A stretch of 51,076 bases of DNA, from NCBI GenBank assembly GCA_913041665.1, contig CAJWKT010000002.1, forward strand, positions 1 through 51,076, written 5' to 3'. Below, piece by piece: positions 19,430-28,992 of this stretch. How positions within the stretch are numbered: the first letter of the stretch is position 1; every line of letters starts with the position of its first letter. Source of the stretch: an uncultured Gammaproteobacteria bacterium (lineage in GTDB: Bacteria > Pseudomonadota > Gammaproteobacteria > Steroidobacterales > Rariloculaceae). Position numbers and translations under genes: made by a program. A model generated the notes under the pieces. It was not told where the DNA came from, did not search any database, and saw only the letters and a list, made by a program, of their open reading frames with translations.

Positions 19430-19530
19430 TGTTCTGAAATATAGAAATTAGGGAATGTATTTGATGGCCCCATGGGCGATCACACAGGTCTACCCCTCTA
19501 TACAGAAGCTCGTCAGTAGAGAACCCTCCC

Positions 19531-20397
19531 TCACCAAATTCTGACTAGCCCTTCTTGGGCAGCAGATGCAACTAGCACACCTTCGGTGGTAAAAAACCTA
19601 CCAAGTGCCAACCCACGAGCACCAGACGCGTTGGGACTCTCCATCGTGTAGAGCAACCACTGGTCCACCCTAAATGGTCTATGGAACCACATGGCATGGT
19701 CCAGGCTAGCTATCTGCACATTGCTATCAGCAAATCCAACAGCATGAGGAAGCGTAGCCGTACCTACCAGTTGGTAATCTGAAATATAGGCTAATAGGTT
19801 GCGATGTAGGTCTGGGTCCTCTGGAAGTTGGCTCAAGGAGCGAATCCAGACGTGGCGTTGTGCTTTCCTCGGTTTCATTGAAATTAAATCGACGGGGTCC
19901 ACGGGACGAATTTCAAACGGACGTTGCTGAGTGAGAAAGCGACGCATTTCATCAGGCAAGCGTTCAAGTACATTTTTCTCAATCTCGGCTATGCTCTCCA
20001 ATGTATCCGGTGCAGGCACATCCGGCATATTAACTTGGTGCTCAAGGCCTTCTTCCCACTTCTGGAAAGAGGCTGTCAGACTAAAGATAGGTCGGCCGTG
20101 CTGAATAGCAACCACTCTACGGTTCGAGAAACTCTTGCCATCCCTTGCCCGATCCACCTCATAAATAATGGGTGCCTTTACGTCCCCAGCCCTGAGAAAG
20201 TACGCGTGGAGGGAATGTACATCTCGGCCGTCAACTGTGTACGTGGCAGCAGTAAGCGCTTGCCCGAGCACCTGCCCACCGAATACACGCGGCCCACCAA
20301 TATCGCGACTTTCTCCGCGAAAAATATTTTCTTCGAGGCGCTCTAGCCGCAACAGTCGCAACAGGTCAGCAAGCAATGGATTCATCTCAGTGGTCAT
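19531..20397 (-). CDS. tesB: Acyl-CoA thioesterase II
   Basis: The sequence LLRLLRLERLEENIFRGESRDIGGPRVFGGQVLGQAL and a double hot-dog length of 288 aa match TesB. Confidence 0.85.
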   Translation of the reverse strand: MTTEMNPLLADLLRLLRLERLEENIFRGESRDIGGPRVFGGQVLGQALTAATYTVDGRDVHSLHAYFLRAGDVKAPIIYEVDRARDGKSFSNRRVVAIQHGRPIFSLTASFQKWEEGLEHQVNMPDVPAPDTLESIAEIEKNVLERLPDEMRRFLTQQRPFEIRPVDPVDLISMKPRKAQRHVWIRSLSQLPEDPDLHRNLLAYISDYQLVGTATLPHAVGFADSNVQIASLDHAMWFHRPFRVDQWLLYTMESPNASGARGLALGRFFTTEGVLVASAAQEGLVRIW

Positions 20398-21265
20398 TGG
20401 GGCGGTTCAATCTCGCTATTAAGCTTGACGTATCCCAGCGACGTCCACCAAGAGCAATTACATCTGCATAAAATTGATCTACCAGTGCTGCTACCGGAAG
20501 CTCTGCCCCATTCCCTCTCGCTTCCTGGAGGCAGATTCGGAGATCCTTGCGCATCCACTCCACAGAAAAACCGAACTCAAACTCCTTATCAACCATTGTT
20601 TTCCAGCGGTTTTCCATCTGCCAAGACTGTGCGGCGCCCTTGGAAATCACCTCGACAACTAACTCCGGATCCAGACCTGCGCGCTGTGCAAAATTAAGTG
20701 CCTCTGCTAAGCCTTGGACCAATCCAGCGATCGCAATTTGATTGACCATTTTGGCTAGCTGCCCGCACCCGGATGGGCCCAATAGACGCACTCTTTGCGC
20801 ATAACAATCAATTAGTGATACCACGCGCTCAAAGGCCTGAATTTCACCTCCCACCATAACTGTCAGACAACCTTCCTTAGCCCCAGACTGACCACCTGAA
20901 ACAGGTGCATCTAGACAACTAATACCCCTGGTACCCCCTACTTCAGCAACTTCTCTAGCGATTTCGGCAGAAGCCGTAGTATGGTCGACGAGTACCGAAC
21001 CAGAATTCATCGCTGACAACACACCTCTAGGGCTCAAAAGTACTTCCCTGACATCTGGATCATCACCCACGCACACAAAAACCACTTCTGCATCAGTGGC
21101 TAGTTCTTTCAGGCTAGACACTGTCTGTCCCTGGAATTCCTTGCACCACCTTTTCGTCTTTTCAGTTGAGCGATTAAAAACAGTAACGTTGTGGCCTGCC
21201 TTGCTCAGCCAACCAGCCATGGGAAAACCCATGACCCCTAACCCTATGAAACCAACTTTAGACAT
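20387..21265 (-). CDS. NAD(P)-dependent oxidoreductase, 3-hydroxyisobutyrate/6-phosphogluconate dehydrogenase-like
   Basis: The N-terminal dinucleotide motif is VGFIGLGVMGFPMAGWL. Later motifs are DAPVSGG and GCGQLAKMVNQ. Confidence 0.8.
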   Translation of the reverse strand: MSKVGFIGLGVMGFPMAGWLSKAGHNVTVFNRSTEKTKRWCKEFQGQTVSSLKELATDAEVVFVCVGDDPDVREVLLSPRGVLSAMNSGSVLVDHTTASAEIAREVAEVGGTRGISCLDAPVSGGQSGAKEGCLTVMVGGEIQAFERVVSLIDCYAQRVRLLGPSGCGQLAKMVNQIAIAGLVQGLAEALNFAQRAGLDPELVVEVISKGAAQSWQMENRWKTMVDKEFEFGFSVEWMRKDLRICLQEARGNGAELPVAALVDQFYADVIALGGRRWDTSSLIARLNRPNDH

Positions 21266-21271
21266 GACGTG

Positions 21272-22138
21272 TTACCTTAGCATTGCCGCTATCTCCGCAG
21301 CAAAAAGCTTAAACGGGGATGAATCTTCAGCTTCCTGCATACGTGATAAACACCAGAAATAACTTAGCAGGTGCGTCATCCGAACGACGTTAAAAAAACT
21401 CTGAGTACTGCAGGGTGGTTCCCCTCCATAGTAGTTGTATAACAAGTAACTTGCCTGATCTCTATCAAAATTATTCATAGCGACCAAGCTGGCTAGATCT
21501 AAAATCGGGTCAGCAGCTACCGCATACTCGAGATCAATAAACCTAAGCGTACCATCGTCGAGAATGTTTTCCGCAACAAGATCATTATGACAGACCACTT
21601 TGGGACGGTAGCATCGTTCGTAGTTCGTCGCATACGTGATTAGCTCCTTGCCCCAAGCTCTATCACGTTCACACAAACTTCCCGCTTCATCAATATAACT
21701 TTGGCTGACACCCAGAGGACGGTATGTTTCCAGATTCATGTCAATTTGATGGAACTCCCGCAGCCTATTAGCTATCCGTGTGATGTTTCGATGCTGCCGA
21801 GCCAAATTCTGAGTCCAAGGCTTGGACCCTTTTAAGTATTGGGTAACAAGAATTCCAGCCACCGAATCACCCTTGACTACCACAGGAACAAGATCAGCTT
21901 CTGCGGCACTTTTAAGCAACTTTATCTCAATTTTGATATCAAGCAGATAGCTAACCTTATTACATTTTCGCAACCTAACTACCCAGTCATAATCTCCTGT
22001 TACTACTCGGTAACTCTCATTGCTTATACCTCCACTTATTTTTTTGATATAGCTGTCTGAAAAAACTGCTTTTCCCGCTTCTGGAAAAGATGTTGCCAAC
22101 CATTGGAGTACGTAAGTTAACCCTGCTTCCTTCCTCAA
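21272..22138 (-). CDS. APH/choline-kinase-fold phosphotransferase, candidate thiamine (or vitamin-precursor) kinase
   Basis: The Brenner-type catalytic motif is VCHNDLVAENIL and the metal site is FIDLEYA. It starts 4 nt after the PnuC-like gene and sits in a TPP-riboswitch-led unit. Confidence 0.65.
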   Translation of the reverse strand: MRKEAGLTYVLQWLATSFPEAGKAVFSDSYIKKISGGISNESYRVVTGDYDWVVRLRKCNKVSYLLDIKIEIKLLKSAAEADLVPVVVKGDSVAGILVTQYLKGSKPWTQNLARQHRNITRIANRLREFHQIDMNLETYRPLGVSQSYIDEAGSLCERDRAWGKELITYATNYERCYRPKVVCHNDLVAENILDDGTLRFIDLEYAVAADPILDLASLVAMNNFDRDQASYLLYNYYGGEPPCSTQSFFNVVRMTHLLSYFWCLSRMQEAEDSSPFKLFAAEIAAMLR

Positions 22139-22142
22139 AACA

Positions 22143-22748
22143 CTATCTCCCTATTGGGGCATCTTGGCCGCGCCAGTCAAACCACCAGCGACGGAAACCA
22201 ATGAAAATTAACACCAGATAGAGAACAAAAAGCAAAGAAGTGACATGAAGTTCGCGTGCTTGGTAAAGATATACAGAAATGCTATCGATCACGAACCAGT
22301 ACACCCAGTTCTCCAAGATTTTGTTCGCGACCATATAGGTAGCAACAACCGCTGCAATAGTAGTGAATGAATCAAGAAACGGAAAAACAGCATCTGTCCG
22401 CCTTAAAATCATTCCAAACAGAACAGTGAAAACCAGTATTAAAGTCAAAACTATGCCATGCCGAGTTGGTGTCCAAATCGAAATTTGTAGGCGTTCCCGA
22501 TGCGGACCACCAGAAGTCCATTGAAACCAACCATAAACAGCTATGGCAGCGTAAAAAAAATATAGGGCCGACTCCATATACAGGCGAGCTTGAAAAAAAA
22601 TCACAATGTATAAAAAAGAACTGATTAACTGGACTAACCAGCACAAAATATTCTGTCGGATCGCGAGAATTAAATACCCAATAGCTAGTATCGCTGCCGT
22701 TGTTTCGAGTAACGAAAAAGTCCCTAAAATAGATGTCAAGTTATCCAC
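22143..22748 (-). CDS. pnuC: PnuC-family vitamin transporter (PnuT-like by context)
   Basis: 201 aa with about 7 TM segments. The sequence AILAIGYLILAIRQNILCW...AVYGWFQW is typical of the nicotinamide-riboside/thiamine PnuC family. Confidence 0.8.
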   Translation of the reverse strand: MDNLTSILGTFSLLETTAAILAIGYLILAIRQNILCWLVQLISSFLYIVIFFQARLYMESALYFFYAAIAVYGWFQWTSGGPHRERLQISIWTPTRHGIVLTLILVFTVLFGMILRRTDAVFPFLDSFTTIAAVVATYMVANKILENWVYWFVIDSISVYLYQARELHVTSLLFVLYLVLIFIGFRRWWFDWRGQDAPIGR

Positions 22749-22804
22749 AATTTGTTAGGTACATCTTAAATATAGAAAAATTCTTTTGTATTACAGTACC
22801 TTAG

Positions 22805-24970
22805 TCAAAATAAATATTTAACCCCAATTCCAAATACGCGGGGCTCTCCATATTGATAATAGGATTCGTTAGTCCAGCCCTTTCGGGGGTCGTTGCCAAA
22901 ATAAAGGCCATGAATAGCATAATCCTTATTGGTTAGATTGCGGCCCCATATCTGTAATTCAGCTGCTCCCAGCCGATAGCGGAGACTTGCATTCATCAAT
23001 ACATAGCTATCGAGACCCGCCGTGTGATAATACCCAAAACGACTATTATCTTGTCCTTCAAGTTCTACCCTAAAATCAAGCTTTTCATTAAACGATATTT
23101 TCGTACCCAAATTAAATTGCCATGCGGGAGATTTAGCCTGATCGATGTTATTTCGGACAACAAAATCCCCTCTATCTAGATCAAATATGGTTATCTCTTT
23201 TATTTTTGTCTTGAGCCATCCAAGTGAACCAAATAACTCCGCTTGTGCTGAAAATTGATAACTTAGCTCTATCTCTACACCCGAAGTGTATCCATCAACG
23301 TTATCCAAAAAGCCTATCCATAAAAAATTTTTCCCATCCCACATCCATGATTCCAGCTGTGCATTATTCCGATCCATATGGAATAGAGCAGCACGAAAAA
23401 TGATTTGATCGTCAAAATAGATGCCCTTTATCCCAAGCTCTCTGTTGAGTAACGTCTCCGTAGCCACCTGGAGTCTAGGCCGCATGAATGCTTGAAACTC
23501 CGATCGCATCAGCGGTATGCTTGAGCTTGCAACCGTATTAACGCCCCCAGGCTTACTTCCGCGAGAAATTGTTGCGTAAAAAAATGAACTACCTATGGTT
23601 TGATAGGTCAGTGTCAACTCACCATTCCGAAGGGTATCGTCACTGACAGATTCAAAACTGTAGGTATCTCGATAGTTATCACCAAATTTTTCATAACGAA
23701 TCCCCGCAGCAAACTCGAGTCCCCGATTAATAGGAATCATTAGGTGGCTATAAATAGCACGCCTTTTGACTTCATAAAAACTGAAAAAATCTCCGTAGTA
23801 CTTGCGGTGCAGTTTTTCCTTTTTGCGTTCCGCGTACAAACCAATGACGTATTGCGCATCGGAAATAGGAAAATTTCCCGATAGACGCACGTCTAAAGAG
23901 AGGTCATTCCTCTTTCTCAGATAACTATCAGTATGGGAGAAAAAATCTGAAACTGGATCACAAAGCGTCCCGTCGCAGATACCGACAAACGTCCAGTCCT
24001 CGTCAAATCCATAATCAAGGTCGCTTTCCAACCAAGTTGCATTTGCTTGCAGGGTTGAGAATTCCCCAAGTTGCCACTCTGCCTCCCCTGCGAGCGCTAA
24101 ACTAGCCTGGCTGTCCCGTCCTGGTTGATCCGATAGTGTCTCTCGAGTGTTATCTAGCGAGAAGGCGTCGTAACCGTTTTTCCCATCGAAATAAAGTGCC
24201 GTTATATTGTACCGAGACCTTTCGCCGGGATTGATATGAAAAGTTCCGCGAACAGAGTTTTCATTGTGACCATCTGTGTCATCTCGATTAAGAAACGTGT
24301 TACTGATGTATCCCTGACTTTCATTGTGCTGAGCTGCTAAACGCGCGGTAACGATGTCACTCAGTGCTCCACTAATAACGCCATCTACATTCCAACTCCC
24401 ATAGTTTCCCGCACCGACCTCAATGTAACCTTCCAGTATTTCTGTAGGTCTCTTGCCGAGGATATTGACCATTCCACCTAATGCGCTGCCTCCGAAACGT
24501 GTTCCCTGAGGGCCACGGAGAATTTCTATCTGCTCTACATCGAATAGCATAGCTGAGTTAGCCGCGCCCCCTAGATTGATTCCATTCATGGTAATGCCAA
24601 TCGAGGGAAAATGTTTTGGGTCAACGAATTGCTCTAAATCACCAATCCCACGTACTTGCAGGAAGCGAGCTCGGGATGCGCCGCCAGAATAATTTATATT
24701 GGCCGAAGTATTTAGTACTGATTCAAGGTGTTGGGCTCCTCGACTCTCTATGCTCGCATCATCAATAACCGAAACGCTGGCCGAGGTACTCATCAAAGAA
24801 TTTTGATAAAACCCAGCTGTCACTATGATTTCTTCCAGGGGGGTCCGGTGCTCCAGCTCCTGAGCATTCAAAAGAACCGGGCTTAGCAACATTACAATCG
24901 CCACTAGCCTCATAAAGACAATGCCCATCCAACAGAATCTGGAATGACTTTTATGTCGAATCTCCTCCAT
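22805..24970 (-). CDS. TonB-dependent outer-membrane receptor
   Basis: The TonB-box/plug reads LEEIIVTAGF...IEILRGPQGTRFG. The long beta-barrel ends in the aromatic terminus GVKYLF. The true start is probably an internal Met (nt 24928 or 24913), giving signal peptide MRLVAIVMLLSPVLLNAQE. Confidence 0.9.
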   Translation of the reverse strand: MEEIRHKSHSRFCWMGIVFMRLVAIVMLLSPVLLNAQELEHRTPLEEIIVTAGFYQNSLMSTSASVSVIDDASIESRGAQHLESVLNTSANINYSGGASRARFLQVRGIGDLEQFVDPKHFPSIGITMNGINLGGAANSAMLFDVEQIEILRGPQGTRFGGSALGGMVNILGKRPTEILEGYIEVGAGNYGSWNVDGVISGALSDIVTARLAAQHNESQGYISNTFLNRDDTDGHNENSVRGTFHINPGERSRYNITALYFDGKNGYDAFSLDNTRETLSDQPGRDSQASLALAGEAEWQLGEFSTLQANATWLESDLDYGFDEDWTFVGICDGTLCDPVSDFFSHTDSYLRKRNDLSLDVRLSGNFPISDAQYVIGLYAERKKEKLHRKYYGDFFSFYEVKRRAIYSHLMIPINRGLEFAAGIRYEKFGDNYRDTYSFESVSDDTLRNGELTLTYQTIGSSFFYATISRGSKPGGVNTVASSSIPLMRSEFQAFMRPRLQVATETLLNRELGIKGIYFDDQIIFRAALFHMDRNNAQLESWMWDGKNFLWIGFLDNVDGYTSGVEIELSYQFSAQAELFGSLGWLKTKIKEITIFDLDRGDFVVRNNIDQAKSPAWQFNLGTKISFNEKLDFRVELEGQDNSRFGYYHTAGLDSYVLMNASLRYRLGAAELQIWGRNLTNKDYAIHGLYFGNDPRKGWTNESYYQYGEPRVFGIGVKYLF

Positions 24971-25011
24971 GGAAGGTCCGGCCTGTACTGCGAATGGGAA
25001 TTACTTGGAAA

Positions 25012-25110
25012 ATTCCAGTCCCTTCGCCGGTACTAACCGGATCAGGTTCAAAGGGTTGACTGACATCCAGGCCAGCCTCTCAGACCGTTTCCGACCACCC
25101 CTCGGTAACA
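25012..25110 (-). promoter_or_regulatory. TPP (THI-box) riboswitch in the 5' leader of the TonB-dependent receptor gene
   Basis: The minus-strand RNA reads CCGAGGGGUGGUCGGAAACGGUCUGAGAGGCUGGCCUGGAUGUCAGUCAACCCUUUGAACCUGAUCCGGUUAGUACCGGCGAAGGGACUGG. It contains the conserved GGGGUG, CUGAGA and ACCCUUUGAACCUGAUCCGGUUAGUACCGGCGAAGGGA elements of the thiamine pyrophosphate aptamer. Confidence 0.85.
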
Positions 25111-25111
25111 A

Positions 25112-25126
25112 GCCCGCTACGCGGGC
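25112..25126 (-). terminator. Short GC hairpin between moaB and the riboswitch (possible weak terminator)
   Basis: The minus strand reads GCCCGC-GUA-GCGGGC followed by UUGUUA. The stem is 6 bp and perfect but the U-tract is poor. Confidence 0.25.
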
Positions 25127-25168
25127 AATATAGGCCAATGATAGGGGAAGAATGACGCGCTGGAAAGA

Positions 25169-25693
25169 CTACTCTTTCAGGCGTGGCATAAGCTCCACTA
25201 GATTGCATGGCAGCGTTCGATAGTCTAGCTGCTTGGCAATAAGCTTATCCCAGCCGGTAGCGCATGCGTCGGTTGAACCTGGTAGACAAAAAATATAAGT
25301 CCCGTTGGCTACTCCAGCCAGACAGCGTGACTGTAGGCTAGAGGCCCCGATCTCCTCGAAAGAAATCACCCTAAATAACTCTCCAAAACCTGTTATCTCT
25401 TTTTCCAGCAATGGAGAAATTGCCTCAGGGGTTCCATCACGGCCCGTCACACCGGTCCCGCCCGTTGATAAAACTGCATTGACCTTTGGGTCCGCAATCC
25501 ACTGAGACACAGCAACACGAACCTTATAGATATCATCGCCAACAATCTTTTCGCCTGCAATATTGTGGCCGGCCTGTGTCACGCGCTCTGCGAGTAGACG
25601 GCCAGACCTATCCGTTGCTTTTGTTCTTGTATCAGAAACCGTCAAGACAGCGATGTTAAGGGAAATGAATTCTCTATTGTCAGTTTTCGGCAT
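25169..25693 (-). CDS. moaB: Molybdenum cofactor biosynthesis protein B
   Basis: The MoaB/MogA fold motifs are IAVLTVSDTRT, TGGTGVTGRDGTPEA and FCLPGS. Confidence 0.85.
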   Translation of the reverse strand: MPKTDNREFISLNIAVLTVSDTRTKATDRSGRLLAERVTQAGHNIAGEKIVGDDIYKVRVAVSQWIADPKVNAVLSTGGTGVTGRDGTPEAISPLLEKEITGFGELFRVISFEEIGASSLQSRCLAGVANGTYIFCLPGSTDACATGWDKLIAKQLDYRTLPCNLVELMPRLKE

Positions 25694-25759
25694 AACAGGT
25701 ACCTTCGCAGGATTCTAACTAGGTGGCAAGCTCAGGGCTGATCTCTTTCTTGCCATACT

Positions 25760-27430
25760 ATGATTCAGACTTTGACAGGCTTTAGACGCGTGACGAATTC
25801 CACTACATCCTCTACGGAAAAAAATACGCAAATCACTGCGTTCACCCCCCTAAAAAGAGGTGTATTCCGAAAACTATGGATTGCAAATCTCGTCTCTAAC
25901 ACTGGAACTTGGATGCACGATGTTGGTGCCGGCTGGCTCATGACTAGCCTGGCACCCGATCCCTTTATGGTCTCCCTTGTCCAAGTTTCTGTCGTGCTGC
26001 CTGGCTTTCTACTAACGCTTCCTGCTGGAGCTTTGGCAGATATTGTAGACCGGCGCTTTTATCTGCTAACGGCGATCCTATGGATGGCCTTAATGGCCGG
26101 TGGGCTTGGGTTGATTACCATCTCAGGAGCTGTGACTCCCTGGTCACTGGTAGCCCTTACTTTCGGCCTCGGCATAGGCACTGCAATGATGATGCCTACT
26201 TTCAGTGCATTGATACCTGATTTAGTCCCAAGGAAAGAACTCACGGCGGCCGTAACCCTCAGTAGTATCTCTCAAAATATTACTCGTGCGGTTGGCCCAG
26301 CCATCGCTGGTGGAGTAATTGCTCTAGCTGGGCCAGGACCGGTTTTTCTCCTCAATGCCATAAGTTTTACGGCTATTTTCATCGTGATTTATCGATATCG
26401 AAGCAAACAGCCCAGAAGCACGTTACCTTCGGAACGATTTATTGGTGCCTTACAAACAGGCTTTCGTTTTTTTCGTCAGTCTCCGGCACTACAGACTATA
26501 ATGATTCGTTCTGTAGCCTTCTTCATTATGATGAGTGGGTTGTTTGCCTTTCTGCCCCTCATTGTTCGGCAAGAAGTAGGCGCTGGCCCTCAAATCTACG
26601 GGCTGCTGCTTGCAAGTCTAGGACTCGGCGCTGTGACTCTGGGATTAGCTCTACCCCGATTCCGGACCCAATTCTCTAGTGATACCATTCTGATGGCCGG
26701 AACCATCATCGGTGCACTAGCGCTCCTTGGACTTGCCTACATTCGCTCAACTATCCTTCTTGTGCCAGTCATGTTCGTCGCTGGAGGCTCTTGGATCAGT
26801 GGAGTTTCAACCCTCCAAGTCTCCACTCAGCTCTCGCTGCCCGCCTGGATTAGAGCGAGAGGTATATCCACTTTCATGTTCTCTTTTTTAGGGAGCATGG
26901 CGTTGGGTGCCGCATCCTGGGGCCGTCTTGCATCAGCCACCAGCACAACCATAGCCCTGTCCGTTGCCGTAGTATTTGGGCTCTTATTCGGGCTGGCCGC
27001 CTCTCGCTGGAAACTCTCTGATTATGCCGAGATAGATTATTCTGCAGCCCAGCCGCCGGGTGAGCCCACCTCGTCTTTCCCACTGACACCCCATGATGGC
27101 CCGGTCATGTTAAATGTAGAGTACCTAATCGATCCAACTGACAGGACAGCTTTCGAAGAGGCAATGCGAGATGTGCGACGGATGCGACTTAGGAATGGTG
27201 CCGTAGCATGGGGCCTCTTTCAGGACGCTGATAATGAACACCGCTTCATCGAGACTTTTATCGACCCTACCTGGCTCACACATCTCAGGCAGCAAGAAAG
27301 AGTCACTGTGGAAGACATGGAGTTCAAACAAGTTGCCGAGGCATTCCATCGCAGCACAAACCCGCCGAAAACCAGTCACTTTATAGCAAGGGGTGCACCT
27401 AAAAGGCGCCATTATCGATTCAGAATGTGA
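25760..27430 (+). CDS. MFS transporter with an extra soluble C-terminal domain of about 110 aa
   Basis: About 12 hydrophobic helices resemble the enterobactin-exporter-type MFS_3 family (LADIVDRR motif). The C-terminal tail MLNVEYLIDPTDRTAFEEAMRDVRRMRLRNGAVAWGLFQDADNEHRFIETFIDPTWLTHLRQQER looks like an ABM/ferredoxin-like domain. Confidence 0.8.
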   Translation: MIQTLTGFRRVTNSTTSSTEKNTQITAFTPLKRGVFRKLWIANLVSNTGTWMHDVGAGWLMTSLAPDPFMVSLVQVSVVLPGFLLTLPAGALADIVDRRFYLLTAILWMALMAGGLGLITISGAVTPWSLVALTFGLGIGTAMMMPTFSALIPDLVPRKELTAAVTLSSISQNITRAVGPAIAGGVIALAGPGPVFLLNAISFTAIFIVIYRYRSKQPRSTLPSERFIGALQTGFRFFRQSPALQTIMIRSVAFFIMMSGLFAFLPLIVRQEVGAGPQIYGLLLASLGLGAVTLGLALPRFRTQFSSDTILMAGTIIGALALLGLAYIRSTILLVPVMFVAGGSWISGVSTLQVSTQLSLPAWIRARGISTFMFSFLGSMALGAASWGRLASATSTTIALSVAVVFGLLFGLAASRWKLSDYAEIDYSAAQPPGEPTSSFPLTPHDGPVMLNVEYLIDPTDRTAFEEAMRDVRRMRLRNGAVAWGLFQDADNEHRFIETFIDPTWLTHLRQQERVTVEDMEFKQVAEAFHRSTNPPKTSHFIARGAPKRRHYRFRM

Positions 27431-27458
27431 AGTGAAAAAACGCCCCTTAAAGCCGAGA

Positions 27459-27836
27459 TTAAGGCGGGAGAAATTCTGACATTTTACCGCTAAGAAAAAT
27501 ACAATACAGTAAGACATTCCATGCGAGTACCGACAGACCGAAGCCAACCTCCATTGAGCGAGTTGATCCTGTCAAACCGATGGGTCGAAGAATGTAGTGT
27601 TCAATAAAACCACCATCAAAAACCGGTTGACCAGCTAGCTGCCTAAAATATTTCTCCAACGGCGTCAGGGGGCAGGTCCAACCAAACACAAACACCGCAG
27701 AAGACCAAGCAACTGCCAGCAGGTGGGCCCAAATGACCCAGGACCACACGAGTACCACCAACCCTCCCAATAAAGCAAACACTACCCACAGAAAATGTAG
27801 CCAAAAAATTGCAGTTGCCAATAAGCCCACTAACAT
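27459..27836 (-). CDS. DUF2784-like small membrane protein
   Basis: 125 aa with 3-4 TM segments. FLWVVFALLGGLVVLVW...GWTCPLTPLEKYFR matches my memory of DUF2784. Confidence 0.6.
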   Translation of the reverse strand: MLVGLLATAIFWLHFLWVVFALLGGLVVLVWSWVIWAHLLAVAWSSAVFVFGWTCPLTPLEKYFRQLAGQPVFDGGFIEHYILRPIGLTGSTRSMEVGFGLSVLAWNVLLYCIFLSGKMSEFLPP

Positions 27837-27860
27837 AACACTGTCTAGTATAGTGCGATT

Positions 27861-28472
27861 ATGACTATGTTAAACGACTGCAGTGGGCTATGGTGCATAA
27901 TTCTTGCTGCAGGTGCGTCCAGTCGCCTAGGAAAACCTAAACAATTAATCCAATATCGCGGCAGACCGTTGCTACTGCATGCAGCAAGCGCTGCAACATC
28001 AATTTCGCCAACACGAACCATCGTCGTATTAGGCGCACACTCACTTAGATTGAGGGCGCTGCTTGCAAGACACCTACAAAACGTCTCCGTCATTGTGAAT
28101 CACCAATGGGGGTCAGGAATGATGAGTTCTCTGATCGTTGGGCTCAGGGCCCTCCCTTCGAATGCATGTGCCGCACTGTTAATGCTTAGTGACCAACCTC
28201 GAATAGATGCCCGTTCTCTAAATCGCTTAGTAAAAGCTTGGCGCGCCAAACCAAATGTGCCAGCCGCGGCCTATTTCTCTGAGACCATTGGCGCACCAGC
28301 CATACTGCCTAAACACTACTGGGCTGATATCAAACTATTATCTGGCGATACTGGAGCCCGGTCTTTGCTGCAACAATCTGGCATAAACACTACGGCCGTG
28401 GCAATGCCAGAGGCAGCGCTCGATATCGACACTAACGAGGACTTAAAACGACTAAAAAATACTGTTAATTAA
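27861..28472 (+). CDS. MobA/MocA-like nucleotidyltransferase (molybdenum cofactor cytidylyl/guanylyl-transferase family)
   Basis: The N-terminal NTP-transferase motif is IILAAGASSRLGKPKQL and a later motif is MLSDQP. Confidence 0.75.
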   Translation: MTMLNDCSGLWCIILAAGASSRLGKPKQLIQYRGRPLLLHAASAATSISPTRTIVVLGAHSLRLRALLARHLQNVSVIVNHQWGSGMMSSLIVGLRALPSNACAALLMLSDQPRIDARSLNRLVKAWRAKPNVPAAAYFSETIGAPAILPKHYWADIKLLSGDTGARSLLQQSGINTTAVAMPEAALDIDTNEDLKRLKNTVN

Positions 28473-28496
28473 GGAAAAATCGCCTTAGCGGCTCTC

Positions 28497-28922
28497 TCAT
28501 TTTCTCGTTCCATCCCAATTGATCCAACCTGAGTGCCCATCACTATAGTGTTCTTTTTTCCAGATGGGTAAGCGATGCTTCAGCTCGTCAATAATGTAGC
28601 GACAAGCATCCAAAGCGGGGCCCCGATGACCCGCACTAACGCCTACCCACACGGCACAATCTCCAATTTCTAAAACCCCTATTCGATGAGTACAGCTGGC
28701 GCCAAGCAAATCAAAACGCGTACAGGCTTCGTCAACAATCTTCTGTCCTTCCTTAATAGCTATACCATCATGTGCCTCATACTCAAGACGGATCACAGAC
28801 TCACCATCGTTGTGATCTCGCACCCAACCTTCGAAACTGACACAAGCGCCAGCGCTATCGTTGCGAAGCTCATCGCTAAGTTCATAGGGATCAATGGTGT
28901 TGGGACTAATATTAAAACTCAT
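28497..28922 (-). CDS. moaE: Molybdopterin synthase catalytic subunit
   Basis: The motifs GACVSFEGWVRDHN...LEYEAH...THRIGVLEIGDCAVWVGVSAGHR...ELKHRLPIWKKE are conserved in MoaE. Confidence 0.85.
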   Translation of the reverse strand: MSFNISPNTIDPYELSDELRNDSAGACVSFEGWVRDHNDGESVIRLEYEAHDGIAIKEGQKIVDEACTRFDLLGASCTHRIGVLEIGDCAVWVGVSAGHRGPALDACRYIIDELKHRLPIWKKEHYSDGHSGWINWDGTRK

Positions 28923-28975
28923 GCCCTATTTGTTCCTCCCCAACCCCCGTTCCTATATCAAATTTAATGCTGATG

Positions 28976-28992
28976 ATGTGAAATATTCACAT
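28976..28992. promoter_or_regulatory. 17-bp palindrome (candidate operator) in the proA-moaE intergenic region
   Basis: The sequence is ATGTGAA-ATA-TTCACAT, with perfect 7-bp inverted arms. It lies 54-70 nt upstream of the moaE start codon. Confidence 0.25.

Noticed and set aside
27125-27547. 140-aa minus-strand ORF
   Set aside because: It overlaps the 3' end of the MFS gene and the DUF2784 gene, is Cys/Phe-rich and has no motif.
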